This document shows, piece by piece, positions 1 to 13,530 of a DNA stretch of 64,000 nt. The DNA comes from Octopus sinensis (lineage: Eukaryota). The translations under genes and the position numbers were made by a program. Location: contig NC_042999.1 in NCBI RefSeq assembly GCF_006345805.1, positions 105,896,001-105,960,000 of the forward strand. The letters are read 5' to 3'. The notes beneath the pieces were generated by a model. That model saw only the letters and a list, made by a program, of their open reading frames with translations. It made no database searches and had not been told where the DNA came from. Each line of letters starts with the position of its first letter. Within the stretch, counting starts at the first letter, position 1.

Positions 1-120
1 AATATAGAATAAAGAACGAATGCAATCGCAGACTAGAAATGTCCAAATGTTTACTGAAACAATATGAGAATTCAAATACATAAAGTACAACACAACAAAC
101 CGATAGAAATAATTTAACTG

Positions 121-560
121 CATGGCCAATTCACCCAACAACCAGAAAAATATTGAAAAATATAACTACTGGTTAAGTCTGACAGGCGGTAAGCTGAAAG
201 GAACGACCCAGGCGCTAATTACATCTACTGAGAGACAAGACTTTATGGCGAATCTGATAAAGAAATATATAGGCAGAATTTAGTCAGAGAGTACAGGTAG
301 AAACTGAAGGAGACGAAAGTATTAAACATCTCCTGAATGAATGCATTAGGCTAGCACACAATGATTACTAAAGCAGACATGACAGTAGGTAAAACAGTGC
401 CATAACAGAGTACGTGGTTTGGAAATAACAGGAAAACTGTATGAACAAATGCCAAAAGATTTTTATTGAGAAGTATTACAGGATGATTTTATGTGAGAAC
501 GGATATGATAATGCAGAGCAAAAGAAACAAACTGTATATTTTTCAATTCTTTGGAAGACC
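121..560 (+). mobile_element. Degraded R4/Dong-like non-LTR retrotransposon fragment (post-RT and zinc-knuckle region)
   Basis: Manual translation across frameshifts gives HGQF...GKLKGTTQALITS...ESIKHLLNECIRLAHNDY*SRHD. This parallels HGKY...ETEGFLIAAQDQ...ETINHIISGCPVLAKKEYIHRHD in the better-preserved copy at 63.7-64.0 kb. Confidence 0.6.
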
Positions 561-1369
561 TCGAGGATATTCAAAGACTTGCACTTACAAATATGTTTTC
601 CTATTTCTTACGAGGGAATTTCAAAATGTTTTATATAATTCTTTGTATTTTTGCACACAATCAACTTTCGCTCTTTGACTTTCCAGAACAATAACTTAAC
701 TCATTTTTCTTATCATATAACTAAAATACTTCCCTTATACTTTTCGCAGATATTCCATGAAATTTCTTAATAGATAAATGGTAATGTACCCCATATCATG
801 GACGCTCACCTCTTTCTTTCTTAGTGACTTGTGTGGGAAGTAGAGGAAGATCTCGATTATTTCAAAATTATTACTTTGGCAATTTTTATATTGTCTTCTT
901 TGCAACAAAAACTTATGTTTATTTCAAGGCAACCAAGAGTCAACATTTATAGGATAACTATCTACCGTCCTTCGCATTATTATTGAAACAGTTATTTAAC
1001 CTCTTTGATATATGCTAATTAAAGCAAATTATTCTACTAAAGTCGAATACTAAATGCAAAAATAACAAACCATACAGTAGGGAACTAGTAGATCTTAAAT
1101 TATAAGTAAATTATACTACCAAAATTATTTAATCTAAATGTTTAGAATCATTAACGGCAGAACTCATGCGATTGCTGAAGTTTTACGATCAAATGCATGT
1201 TTGCAACCATGAGTTATAATTGAGTAAAAAAACAAGATGTTATCACCGAGTTCACCAGCTGAAACATTTCATATTAACTGATTAGTAGTTATGTAAATTT
1301 TCAATTAAAATAATCATGTTGTTTCTGCTATTTGACTTCTAGATCTTTTCGAATTTATGTAGCCCAGGT

Positions 1370-1430
1370 AAGGCAGTAAACTAACAGAATCGTTTGTACA
1401 TTGGACAAAATGTTTAGCAGCATTTTATCG
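1370..1430 (+). mobile_element. Degraded head fragment of SINE family C
   Basis: aggcagtaaactaacagaatcgttt...aaaatgtttagcagcatttt resembles the head of the copy at 57004 and the reverse complement of the copy ending near 50697. Confidence 0.35.
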
Positions 1431-2636
1431 GAGACGATCAAGTAAGTATCATTTGAGAAGTGGGACAGTTATAATTGACATGCCAATTACCCCAAATTTC
1501 TATGCTATGTATCTACAACAGGAAATGTATTAGGTATCCGAATATTTCAGTTTGACGAAACACCTGTCTACATTCAGTCTGTGATATAAGGTTCTGTTGT
1601 ATTTGTACAGCTTATCATAAGCCGAAAATTAATTAAATAGCAAGTCAGAGATAATGAGCAACTTTAGTGTGTAGATCTCTATATTTTGAAATCAGGATCA
1701 ATTAAACGAGGTAAATTATGTGTTCGAGAAGAGTTACATTGATTTACAGGAATAGATGCAGTCAAGAAATAATTATTTCTACTCCGTATATCATGTGGAA
1801 TATCCAGCGTTTCACTTATTGACGTAGTAAATAATATACTTCACTAATCATATTAATCTTCTTGTTATTTAAGGATCATTGCTAAACAAAACCCCTTGGG
1901 AATGTTTCATTATTGACACATATTCTTAAGTGTTTTATCTAAGTGATAAATTCTTCTTTCTTAGTAAAATGTGGTTTCGAAGCTAAAGAGGAAAATGCTC
2001 CATATTTTATAAGTTATTTACTAACTAGCATCAGATTACATCTGTCATCTTTTTGTCAGATATATATGTTCCCCTCTGTTGTAAATCCTTCAAAAACCTA
2101 CACTGAGATAGGATCTGGTTTCTAACAAAAATACACAGCTCCATCGTTGGAATATAGATAACAAAAACAGTCACATTTTAAACATGATAAAAATCTTGCA
2201 TATGTTTGCGGTGCATACTTTACTTTAATAATCCATACAATAATATCTGGTCTGTTATGATTACACGTGACACATGTTTTGATGGGTATGTCTTATCAGT
2301 ATGCTTTGTCCTTTGTTTTTTGTATGTACTCCATAATACGGGTATTCTCTAGGTATATTCCATGGAAGTCTTTTTTCCGAATGACATTTTATATAATTTT
2401 TGCGAAGACGTCATATAAATTAGTGAGGTAGTTCTTCCATGACATTCTGGGCAGCTTCACCTTACATATATGATGTCTTCCGCAGACATTAAATGACCTA
2501 CAGTTTCGATTGCATCTTCGAGTTCCAAGGGCTGCAGAATTCCTTTGTTTATTTAGTATTTCGCAGCAATTTTCTGTCTTTGGATTCCAAATGCATAGGC
2601 ATCAGTTCATGTGATCTTCAACTTGTCGAAAACCAT

Positions 2637-2836
2637 ATGTATGTTTGTATGTACGTATGTATGTATGTATGTACGTATGTATGTATGTATGTATGTATGT
2701 ATGTATGTATGTATGTATGTATGTATGTATGTATGTATGTGTGTGTATGTATGTTCGTATGTATGTACGCATGTATGTATGTATGTATATATATGTATTT
2801 GTCTATGTATGTATCATGTATGAGTGTGTGTGTGTG
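2637..2836. repeat. (ATGT)n/(GT)n microsatellite
   Basis: Directly visible; explains the YVCM-repeat ORFs. Confidence 0.95.
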
Positions 2837-2999
2837 TACGGTTAATAGAAAAGAAGTAGGAAAGAAGTTTCGATTTGAATATAGCTATGTACAATTACAC
2901 TTTCATTTCCAGAATGTTTCTTCAGTGAAAAATGGTACTTACTCTAAATTTGAGTAAATGCATATGAATTTGCAAGCTCCTGCGCATCCATAATATACA

Positions 3000-3007
3000 T
3001 ACACACA

Positions 3008-3053
<46 letters not shown>

Positions 3054-3083
3054 GTGGATATGTCTGCGTAATATGTACATATG

Positions 3084-3133
<50 letters not shown>

Positions 3134-3195
3134 TGTACGTTTACAAATATACACTGTATACATATCACTGTATATACATATATATATATATACAT

Positions 3196-3247
<52 letters not shown>

Positions 3248-3427
3248 ACGCACTCTCACATATACATGCATATATATACATATCAAAGCATGCTTATATA
3301 TTCATATTTAAGAATGTCGTGATGTTCATAGTTTCATCTAGCTTAAATTTTGTTTATTAATTCATCAATCACATAATCAAATGCGGTTTATAATTGCATC
3401 TCATAAAAAAGAATACATGCACATATG

Positions 3428-3510
<83 letters not shown>

Positions 3511-3671
3511 ATGTGTGTGTGTGTTTATGCACGTACGTATATATCTATATATGTATATATACATACACATATATATGCATGTAGGTATATATGTATATAT
3601 GTATATATGTATATATGTATCTCTCTCTCTCTCTCTCTCTCGCTCTCTCTCTCCATATACATATATATATA

Positions 3672-3710
<39 letters not shown>
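3000..3710. repeat. Compound (TA)n/(TG)n/(CA)n/(TC)n microsatellite cluster
   Basis: Directly visible; source of the YIYI/CVCV ORFs. Confidence 0.95.
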
Positions 3711-3711
<1 letters not shown>

Positions 3712-4072
3712 TTTGTGAATAATACTTCATGCGATTTCATATTATTAAGTAATTATATCGTGTTATTTCACTTCATTCAACACCATTCATAATTTATAAA
3801 ATATGGCATAGAATACCTTCCTTGATGGCAGCTTTAGTGAAATAGATGTATAGAAGTTTACACCTCTTTTCTCCATTTCATGAAAGGATAATGAAATCCA
3901 CCTAATGAAGAAATCCGAGCTATCGGTAAAGAGAGATATTTAATCAAGCAATATTCAGTTGGCTTAATATTGAATCTAAACCTTTCATCGATAATATTTT
4001 GTTGCTTCAGCATTACACTGCTGAACATGTACTGTAATCACCATTTTCAATCATAATGGGCCTCATTGTAAT

Positions 4073-4600
4073 ACATGCATCTATTATGCATTAGAAACCC
4101 CTATTTTTCATCGTCTCCAATTTTCATTTATTCTGCTCTCTTTCTTTTTCTCCCTACTTTTCTTTCCCTTATTTCTCCTCTTACCTTCTTCCTCTTCCAC
4201 ATTCTTCCAGTTTCTTCTTCATATACTTCTCTTATACGTTCTCTTCCACCTCCCCCTCCCCGCCTCCTCATAATAATCTTCTTTCGAATTTTTCTTCTCT
4301 TTAAACTAGCTTTCACAAACGTCATTTTCATCTTCCTCCTATAATTTCAACCAACTTTTCTTCTACCCCTCTATTGCGACGACTCCATAATGATGATGTC
4401 TTTGTCATTATTATCATCATCTTTGTCCTCAATATCATTGCCTCTGACGTCAACTTTGTAGTCAACATCATCATCTTACAATTTTTAAATCTAACATTCA
4501 CTAGCTTTACGATTTTCTTCTCGAAACATACGATCTTTCGGGATGTGTCCTTTTGCATACCATATAAAGAATTTCTTTTTACAATTGTTTTTGCAAAGTA
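4073..4600 (-). mobile_element. Possible degenerate LINE ORF1 tail (decayed knuckle followed by charged low-complexity sequence); repeated at about 6516-7043
   Basis: Minus-strand FFIWYAKGHIPKDR resembles a decayed CxxCxxxGHxxxDC knuckle and is followed by Lys/Arg/Glu-rich sequence, as in the ORF1 relics at 40.6 and 60.7 kb. Confidence 0.35.
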
Positions 4601-4601
4601 C

Positions 4602-5400
4602 CAAAGTACTCGTGGGTGAGAATATGATATTGAGAATCTCTCTGGAATGGGAACAACTCATCTGCTTCGAATGTGGAAAAAGGGGCCACATTCCGGCAGA
4701 TTGTGATTTTAAAAGAGGAAGAAGAAACGCAGGCACTAGTCCCTTCAAGTACAAATTCTCTCGGGCGGGAAATTCCGGCAGTAGGAGTACCACCGCTGAT
4801 TATTATAGCGGGTTACTGGGCTTTACGTCCGAGGACGGCTTGGGGGAGACACTGGGCTACAATTTAAATCAGTTGATTAACTTGTTCAGGAGAACATTCG
4901 GGCCGAGGCGTCTGGATAATTACCAGAAATCCCTGGCTTGCTTCCGTGCGGCGTTACCTGTTCGAGACAAACTGTCAAGGCACGGAAGTGTCGTCTCGCC
5001 GACATGTTCGAGCTGCGGCAGGACAGGGAAACCGTCTTGCATGCATTTGTATAGTGTCTAGAATTGAAGGGACTGATAGTTTTCGCAGAACAACTGTTGT
5101 CATTGATAGAAAGAGAACAGCTATCGGCTGAGACTATCATTGAGATTGGGACGCCTCCCTCCATTAAAAGGGAAAGGAAGACTTGTTTTTTCTGCGTAGT
5201 AGCCATACTGAAAGAAACATTATGGAAGACACGTGTAAGAGGGATAGTGGCAGGTACCTTCGTCTCTGGCCAGGGATTGGTAAGCATTTTCAGTTACCAC
5301 CTCATAAATAAGATCAGGCTGGAGAAGAGCTGCCTGTTGCTGAGTACATTTGTAAAATGATGGAAGCTTATAGCAAACATGATGAGAGTTATCGAAACCA
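4602..5400 (+). mobile_element. Internally deleted L1/Tx1-type LINE derivative (ORF1 CCHC knuckle joined to ORF2 zf-RVT C-terminus), copy 1
   Basis: Perfect knuckle CFECGKRGHIPADC, then LPVRDKLSRHG..SPTCSSCG..ETVLHAF (zf-RVT-type). No endonuclease or RT motifs lie in between. Confidence 0.75.
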
Positions 5401-5640
5401 GGTAAGTAGAACCAGTGCTAGAAAGCAAAGGTTCTACTCAGATGGCTGGATTCCTTTCCTTCCAAGGCAAATTGTTGCTCATTGCAACAATATTTATGTA
5501 AATAATAATTTTTTAAAGTACATCTGTAATCATATGATTCATACGGACATTAACTAATAAGCAGCTTCTTCACTCTTTGTGTTTGTCTGTCCTTGTTCGT
5601 CCCATCTGTGTACTGCCTTTATGGCAAATTCCATGAAATA

Positions 5641-5738
5641 AAGAAGCTCTCTTCCTAAACACATGTTTCCGATTTCAGTCCCACTGCATTGTACCTTAGG
5701 CAGATGTGTTTCATAGACGGAAACTGAAAGCCCGTCGT
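5641..5738 (+). mobile_element. SINE family B head/body only (tail missing)
   Basis: ttcagtcccactgc...tagacggaaactgaaagcccgtcg matches the reverse complement of the copies at 25.1-25.3 and 39.15-39.32 kb. Confidence 0.75.
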
Positions 5739-5768
5739 ATATATATATATATATATATATTATATTAT

Positions 5769-5880
5769 ATTAAATTAGAGATAAAACCACTATTAGGCAA
5801 ATCAAACAATGAAACACATAAGCCAATACATAAAATTAATTTAATTTATATTATTTAAATATATATCAAAAGTATTAAAA

Positions 5881-5885
<5 letters not shown>
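5769..5885 (-). repeat. 3'-terminal piece of the Penelope pLTR-like repeat seen at 25.3-25.6 kb; other pieces at 8264-8380 and about 29935-29975
   Basis: attaaattagagataaaaccactattaggcaaatcaaac...caaaagtattaaaagttt is shared with 25324-25400 and 25580-25600. Every piece is embedded in (TA)n. Confidence 0.7.
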
Positions 5886-5935
<50 letters not shown>

Positions 5936-6107
5936 ATGTGTGTGTGTGTGTGTGTATGTGTGTGTGTGTTTATGCACGTACGTATATATCTATATATGTA
6001 TATATACATACACATATATATGCATGTAGGTATATATGTATATATGTATATATGTATATATGTATATATGTATCTCTCTCTCTCTCGCTCTCTCTCTCTC
6101 CATATAC

Positions 6108-6151
<44 letters not shown>

Positions 6152-7044
6152 CTTTGTGAATAATACTTCATGCGATTTCATATTATTAAGTAATTATATC
6201 GTGTTATTTCACTTCATTCAACACCATTCATAATTTATAAAATATGGCATAGAATACCTTCCTTGATGGCAGCTTTAGTGAAATAGATGTATAGAAGTTT
6301 TACACCTCTTTTCTCCATTTCATGAAAGGATAATGAAATCCACCTAATGAAGAAATCCGAGCTATCGGTAAAGAGAGATATTTAATCAAGCAATATTCAG
6401 TTGGCTTAATATTGAATCTAAACCTTTCATCGATAATATTTTGTTGCTTCAGCATTACACTGCTGAACATTGTACTGTAATCACCATTTTCAATCATAAT
6501 GGGCCTCATTGTAATACATGCATCTATTATGCATTAGAAACCCCTATTTTTCATCGTCTCCAATTTTCATTTATTCTGCTCTCTTTCTTTTTCTCCCTAC
6601 TTTTCTTTCCCTTATTTCTCCTCTTACCTTCTTCCTCTTCCACATTCTTCCAGTTTCTTCTTCATATACTTCTCTTATACGTTCTCTTCCACCTCCCCCT
6701 CCCCGCCTCCTCATAATAATCTTCTTTCGAATTTTTCTTCTCTTTAAACTAGCTTTCACAAACGTCATTTTCATCTTCCTCCTATAATTTCAACCAACTT
6801 TTCTTCTACCCCTCTATTGCGACGACTCCATAATGATGATGTCTTTGTCATTATTATCATCATCTTTGTCCTCAATATCATTGCCTCTGACGTCAACTTT
6901 GTAGTCAACATCATCATCTTACAATTTTTAAATCTAACATTCACTAGCTTTACGATTTTCTTCTCGAAACATACGATCTTTCGGGATGTGTCCTTTTGCA
7001 TACCATATAAAGAATTTCTTTTTACAATTGTTTTTGCAAAGTAC

Positions 7045-7840
7045 CAAAGTACTCGTGGGTGAGAATATGATATTGAGAATCTCTCTGGAATGGGAACAAC
7101 TCATCTGCTTCGAATGTGGAAAAAGGGGCCACATTCCGGCAGATTGTGATTTTAAAAGAGGAAGAAACGCAGGCACTAGTCCCTTCAAGTACAAATTCTC
7201 TCGGGCGGGAAATTCCGGCAGTAGGAGTACCACCGCTGATTATTATAGCGGGTTACTGGGCTTTACGTCCGAGGACGGCTTGGGGGAGACACTGGGCTAC
7301 AATTTAAATCAGTTGATTAACTTGTTCAGGAGAACATTCGGGCCGAGGCGTCTGGATAATTACCAGAAATCCCTGGCTTGCTTCCGTGCGGCGTTACCTG
7401 TTCGAGACAAACTGTCAAGGCACGGAAGTGTCGTCTCGCCGACATGTTCGAGCTGCGGGCAGGACAGGGAAACCGTCTTGCATGCATTTGTATAGTGTCT
7501 AGAATTGAAGGGACTGATAGTTTTCGCAGAACAACTGTTGTCATTGATAGAAAGAGAACAGCTATCGGCTGAGACTATCATTGAGATTGGGACGCCTCCC
7601 TCCATTAAAAGGGAAAGGAAGACTTGTTTTTTCTGCGTAGTAGCCATACTGAAAGAAACATTATGGAAGACACGTGTAAGAGGGATAGTGGCAGGTACCT
7701 TCGTCTCTGGCCAGGGATTGGTAAGCATTTTCAGTTACCACCTCATAAATAATATCAGGCTGGAGAAGAGCTGCCTGTTGCTGAGTACATTTGTAAAATG
7801 ATGGAAGCTTATAGCAACATGATGAGAGTTATCGAAACAG
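7045..7840 (+). mobile_element. Internally deleted L1/Tx1-type LINE derivative, copy 2
   Basis: ORF 6986..7495 carries both CFECGKRGHIPADC and CSSCGQDRETVLHAFV in one frame. Confidence 0.75.
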
Positions 7841-8080
7841 GTAAGTAGAACCAGTGCTAGAAAGCAAAGGTTCTACTCAGATGGCTGGATTCCTTTCCTT
7901 CCAAGGCAAATTGTTGCTCATTGCAACAATATTTATGTAAATAATAATTTTTTAAAGTACATCTGTAATCATATGATTCATACGGACATTAACTAATAAG
8001 CAGCTTCTTCACTCTTTGTGTTTGTCTGTCCTTGTTCGTCCCATCTGTGTACTGCCTTTATGGCAAATTCCATGAAATAA

Positions 8081-8183
8081 AGAAGCTCTCTTCCTAAACA
8101 CATGTTTCCGATTTCAGTCCCACTGCATTGTACCTTAGGCAGATGTGTTTCGTAGACGGAAACTGAAAGCCCGTCGTATATAT

Positions 8184-8260
<77 letters not shown>

Positions 8261-8379
8261 TATATTAAATTAGAGATAAAACCACTATTAGGCAAATCAA
8301 ACAATGAAACACATAAGCCAATACATAAAATTAATTTAATTTATATTATTTAAATATATATCAAAAGTATTAAAAGTTT

Positions 8380-8463
<84 letters not shown>

Positions 8464-8705
8464 TATATATGTGTGTGTGTATGTATTTAAGTACGTATGT
8501 ATGTATATATCTATGTATGTATATATGTGTGCGTGTGTTCCACTGTGTCTGTATTTATTTCCCATCAACTCTTGACAACCGGTGTTAGTTTGTGTTTTCA
8601 CCAATGTGAATTAGTGGTTCAGTAAAAGAAGCCGATAGAATAAGTGTTAAGCTTAAAAATTAAGCCCTGGGTTCAGTTTGTTCGACTAACGACTGAAACA
8701 AGCAT
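8081..8705 (+). mobile_element. SINE family B: head, internal microsatellite (interrupted by the pLTR piece), and tail
   Basis: Head at 8081-8177. The tail cttgacaaccggtgtt...ccgatagaataagt...ttgttcgactaa...gactgaaacaag at about 8555-8705 matches the tails at 24.83-25.0 and 38.89-39.08 kb (reverse complement). Confidence 0.7.
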
Positions 8706-9877
8706 CTTTCATTCAGATATTTAACATTCTTTATTTGCAATAATCGATCTCAGTCCATAATAAACAGACTTTTTTATTAAGTATTTATTATATAAATTTG
8801 CGGAATTTATAGAAATAATTTTTTCTGACCAAATAAGTTGGGTAACGTCAACTACTTATTCATGTGTTAATTGTATTATTTATCTCAATTACGCTTTATG
8901 GGGGTATAATTTCATAAATTTGTACAACAATCTATAGGCGAGACTCCAGGATATTAGAGATATAAGTATATAATTGAACCAAGAGAATGGAATTGGTTTC
9001 GAATTATTTGATCAAAAGCTATATGAAAAAGATGAATTGCTTAACACAAACAATCATTTTATTTTTCAAATCCAACCATAAGACTTCTTGTGTGTCTGTC
9101 ATGAAGTGTAATTAATATTAAATAACTAAATCCAGGAATTTTGTTCAATTATGGGCTAAGGTTCTTTGTTAAAAGAAATTCCTCAGGTGACTAAATACAT
9201 ATTAGGAAACAGTGAATTGAAGTTATATTACCTTCCATTTGGAGTTCAATCATTATACACATATCTAACCTTCTGAATTTCCATGTAAACGATCCAAGTT
9301 TGATAAAATATTTCTTAATCGCTACTTAGAAATGCCAATTAACATAATGCTTCAATTAAGTCGTCATATTTGTGTAAAATTAATTTATGCCTAACTGCAA
9401 TTATCACATTTAATTTAATCCAATATTTATAATTTTAATTAAGACCCAATCGCTGACACGAAACAATTATCTAAATCATTAGTTTTATATACTAAATATT
9501 TTATGTTGCTGTGTGTTAATAATCGCAAAAGGCTAAATGGATGACTACGTGTATAAGAATTCAGTATTCATTATTTTGACTACAATTGTTAAAAGTTAAA
9601 AGTTCAGTTATTTTTGATAGTTGTTTTGTTGAGGTCTTTGTATTCGTATGTATGATTGCATGTATATGTAGTTTTAATTTGAGAGGAATTATATACATAC
9701 ACATACGCGTGTACGTGTACGTGTATGTGTGTATAGTAAGAAAGAGAGAAACAGGCGAGTGAGATAAAATTTCTTTCGCTTGTTCAAAAGAGATAATCTT
9801 GCAATGGCACCCATTCAGGCTTCGAACAAGCACAAACACACAGCCACACACACACTTACACACACACACACACATAC

Positions 9878-9910
<33 letters not shown>

Positions 9911-11139
9911 GGGCTATACTAGGAGACATTTGGTGTCAAACACTAGTGCTAAATCCAGAAACATATAGCTAAGGATCAAAGTTCCTGCCACTCAGACAGG
10001 ACTCTACCTTACAATAGAGCTGATAGAAAAGAAAAAGCATAACAATCGATAAGTATATAACCAGCTTCTAAATAATTCTAATGTCCTCTCTAGTATATTG
10101 GGAGGCGACATTAGTTGATAGCACCTGAAACAAAACGAGGGGAAACATAACTCCCACATGGAGAGGGGCAGGTTCCGAAGTGCAAGTTGACTGGGAACCT
10201 GGGGCCCACCAAAATTATTCCCAATTGGTCCCTGCACATTCTAAGGCCGGCTCTGTGTATATGTGTTTACACTCTCATACATATGTACAAGCATTCGTAC
10301 ACTGAAATATGCGTACGTACATGCATGTATGTATATTCCTGTTATTTAATTACGAAAAATACTTAAAATGATAAGAATAATCTAGTTTTCTACCTACAGC
10401 CCTAACAAATGCCCGAAAATAAATTCTGTTTCAACAAATGTTTAGTGATCATTAGATTGACAGAAAATATAAATATATCTTGAACACTTACTTGCACATG
10501 CTGATTAGATTTCTGCGTCATTTTGGCTAACGAATGGAAACTGTATATAGAAAGTTTGGCTCAGTTATCACAGAGCCTGTACATTTCCTGATAAAATACT
10601 CTTTTCTAACATATGAATACAAACATAGAGAAGTGAATAGATACTTCTGCCATCTTGCTAAAATTTCTTTCATTAAGTTAGCGCAGATATTTCTCCCCAA
10701 AAAGTCAATATTTATTTAGCAATTCACTGCAGAACCATTTGAGCAAACTGTTGTGGGGAAGAAAATAGAAAACATTTTTTCCTACATTAATCGCGTTTCA
10801 CCTTTCTTTCCAGTCACATTATGTCAATTACCATATATAAATAGAATATATATCACGCATGACATAAATTTTGAGATACAATTTTTTTAAAGGAACATTA
10901 GCGTTCACTTACCATTATATATTTTATTTATTTCATTTTAACGTACTTATTTCAACATAGCAATAGATTACAAACAACAATGGTTTCACAGAAGAGGTCT
11001 TAGTAGTCTTTCATATTTCTTTCTACATCATACTTTTTTCTTTATTCTGTCGTAAAATCCGTCTTATACCTCCCGAATAAGAGTGGTAATTGCTGCAGGC
11101 TTAGCTATTCAAATCGAGGCAATACTTTAGTGGTCGAAT

Positions 11140-11207
11140 ATATATATATATATATATACTTACATATGTACATATATATATGATGGTATATGCATATGTT
11201 TGTATAC

Positions 11208-11303
<96 letters not shown>

Positions 11304-11345
11304 AGTGTGGATATACGTGTATGTATGTACATGGAAATAATACGT
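11140..11345. repeat. (TA)n/(TG)n compound microsatellite; (CA)n also at about 9840-9910
   Basis: Directly visible. Confidence 0.95.
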
Positions 11346-12669
11346 ATCTTTGCGTATATGTATGTGTAATAGATAGTAATCATGAAAGATTTTCTCCATA
11401 AAATTTGAGCAAAACTACATCAGACTGTAAGAAAAATGTCATAAATAATATTTTTGAAATCGACTTCGTATGTTTTCTGTTCTGTGTTGTTTTATTTTAT
11501 ATTTTAACGTGTATCTTTTGTGAGTTCTAAGTTGAAAATGACGTTAGGTTATTGACAATGGAAAATATAAAAGATAAAATGTAGCTTGTCTTTGTGAAGA
11601 TTCATTGCCTTCAAGGAAAACTTAGGATATTGTTAGTCAGTCATTTATTTATGTATATTTAAGTACACATACTCCAGAATGAGCTTTTAAGACAGTTAAA
11701 GAGAAATGACTATTTCAGTTGTAGTTACTTTTATTTCTTGATATACATAAACATGAAGATAACAAAGAAGAAAAAAAGGAGAACATTAGATAACATAGTA
11801 TATCAGTAACACGAGGTTAAATGAGATATTCCAAGTAATCTTGGGAAAGGTTACTGTTTTACGAATACCATAATTAATAACTATAAGAGCCATAAAGGAG
11901 CATATATTCTTTTTTTAAAATAAACAATGCATTCCGGCAATAAATGAAAATAGGAAGAGCATTGATTAGTATTTTTGAAGCAGTAGAGATATTGTATATC
12001 AATAGTCTTCGAAAATGTATCGCATCATTTTCATTTAACTGAACATATTGGATTTTCATTCAGAATTTTGACGGAAATAAGTAAGTACTGTTAGACATTT
12101 TATGCTGTATTTCACATCGTCAACATTGGATTATTTTTGACAATTTATCTCACTCAACTCTGCTATAGTCATTATGGTCACTCCAAATAGTGATAAACAG
12201 CATTACCAAGTACCCCTAAGACGAAAGGACATTCATAACATACCTGAACCTGTATCAAAAACGCAGTCTCCTCTTTGCAGAACTTCAACGTATTTCATGT
12301 CTTCGACAAATGCTGACCATTTCCAGGAATGATATGGCATACACAATAGAATGCTTCTTGTTCATTTAGGGTAGTGCTTCATTTATCGAAAGTCTTCTTT
12401 CGTCCATTACCTGATCCCACCGTAAAATCTATGTTAGATCATCTCCAGCACACATTTCTCTTATATTATTTTCCTAATAATTTCTCGTACGTTTCCCGCG
12501 GGTCGTGTGCAAGATTACTTATTTTACAACGTCGTATCTTTTTTATCGTTTACTGGTTTCAGCCAGAGCCTGGAACCATGCTGAAGCACCACCTTTCAGT
12601 GTTTTGGAGGACACATTTTGGTTCTGTTTCTCGTGAAAAGTGAGTTGGACGAAGTTGCTCTTCTTTGTA

Positions 12670-13530
12670 ACACTTGTCTTGATGTGGGCTCATCTGGGAT
12701 TTCAGACACATTTGTCCAGGTGCTTTGCAAACGTCACCATTTCTCCACCTTGTACATCTCTTAGGTTCCTTGGTATGATGTTAAACAGTTGTGGTCCCCT
12801 TGAAACCCAAGCCGTTGCAGTACTGGGTCCGTATCTTAAATGAAGAAGATGGCATCTTTGGTATTATGCAGTGCGATCCAGCTCAGTTGTTGTTATGGCT
12901 TTTAATTCTAAAGTTGGGAGCTAGACCTCACAGGATCTTCCATATGTATATCGTTCCATGCCTTGCTTGCCTTCTCTGCAGGGAGTAGGGCTTCCGTTTT
13001 TGTAATCTCTCCTGGTAGCTCATCTGTCTCACCGAGTTAATCTTCTTTGTTTAGTGGCGCTAAATTACCTCTGGTTCTGCCATCAAGATGATGTTCTGCG
13101 GCGGCCGTAGTTGGAGGCAGTGATGAAACCGTCTGAGGACAAGTATCTTCCGTAGGAGTAGCAAGGTGACATTATTTCTGATTCTCAAATATCTAAGGGA
13201 CATTTCTGCCGACCGCCTGCACAGTGTTGATATACTGGCAATATGCACATGGAATGTTAGAGTTAGGGTTACTCATGAGGATTCCCATGTCACGAAGCGA
13301 TTGTAACTACATAATTGTGCTGTTCCCTGGTAGTCTGTTTGGGAGAGCCACTAGAAACAGTACTGGTCCCAGTACAGTTCCCTGAGGAACTCCGTCACAG
13401 ATTGATGTCTCCCCAAAGAGAGCAACATTGGCTGAAACTGCTCGATTTCTGTCGTTTAAAATGTCGTGCAACCACTCTCCCATTTCTCCAATGATACCAA
13501 GTTCGCGTATCCTGTGAGATATCACATGTA
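12670..13530 (-). mobile_element. CR1/L2-type LINE 3' relic (RT and C-terminal region)
   Basis: GVPQGTVLGPVLFLV (RT QG motif of CR1/L2/Jockey type), then decayed SYQERLQK...SLQRR...YIWKIL*GLAPN...LGFKGPQLFNIIP. Many stops and frameshifts. Confidence 0.8.

Larger units (their letters stand above)
3490..8385. repeat. Tandem duplication, two near-identical units of about 2.44 kb (about 3490-5885 and 5920-8380)
   Basis: Paired ORFs are offset by 2443 (4075/6518, 4543/6986) and 2441 (5064/7505). By eye the non-microsatellite sequence differs by about 5 small indels and 2 substitutions. Confidence 0.95.

Noticed and set aside
2493-3792. Long ORFs with [12 protein letters not shown] and HTHT repeats, here and throughout the window
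   Set aside because: They are translations of di- and tetranucleotide microsatellites that lack stop codons; no coding evidence.
9905-10257. Possible MITE ending in ctaaggccggctctg
   Set aside because: The matching left terminus (cagggctatactagg) is too degenerate to support an inverted repeat.
12170-12420. Possible second CR1-like RT fragment (WSAFVEDMKYVEVLQRG)
   Set aside because: Similarity is limited to one short, weak motif.
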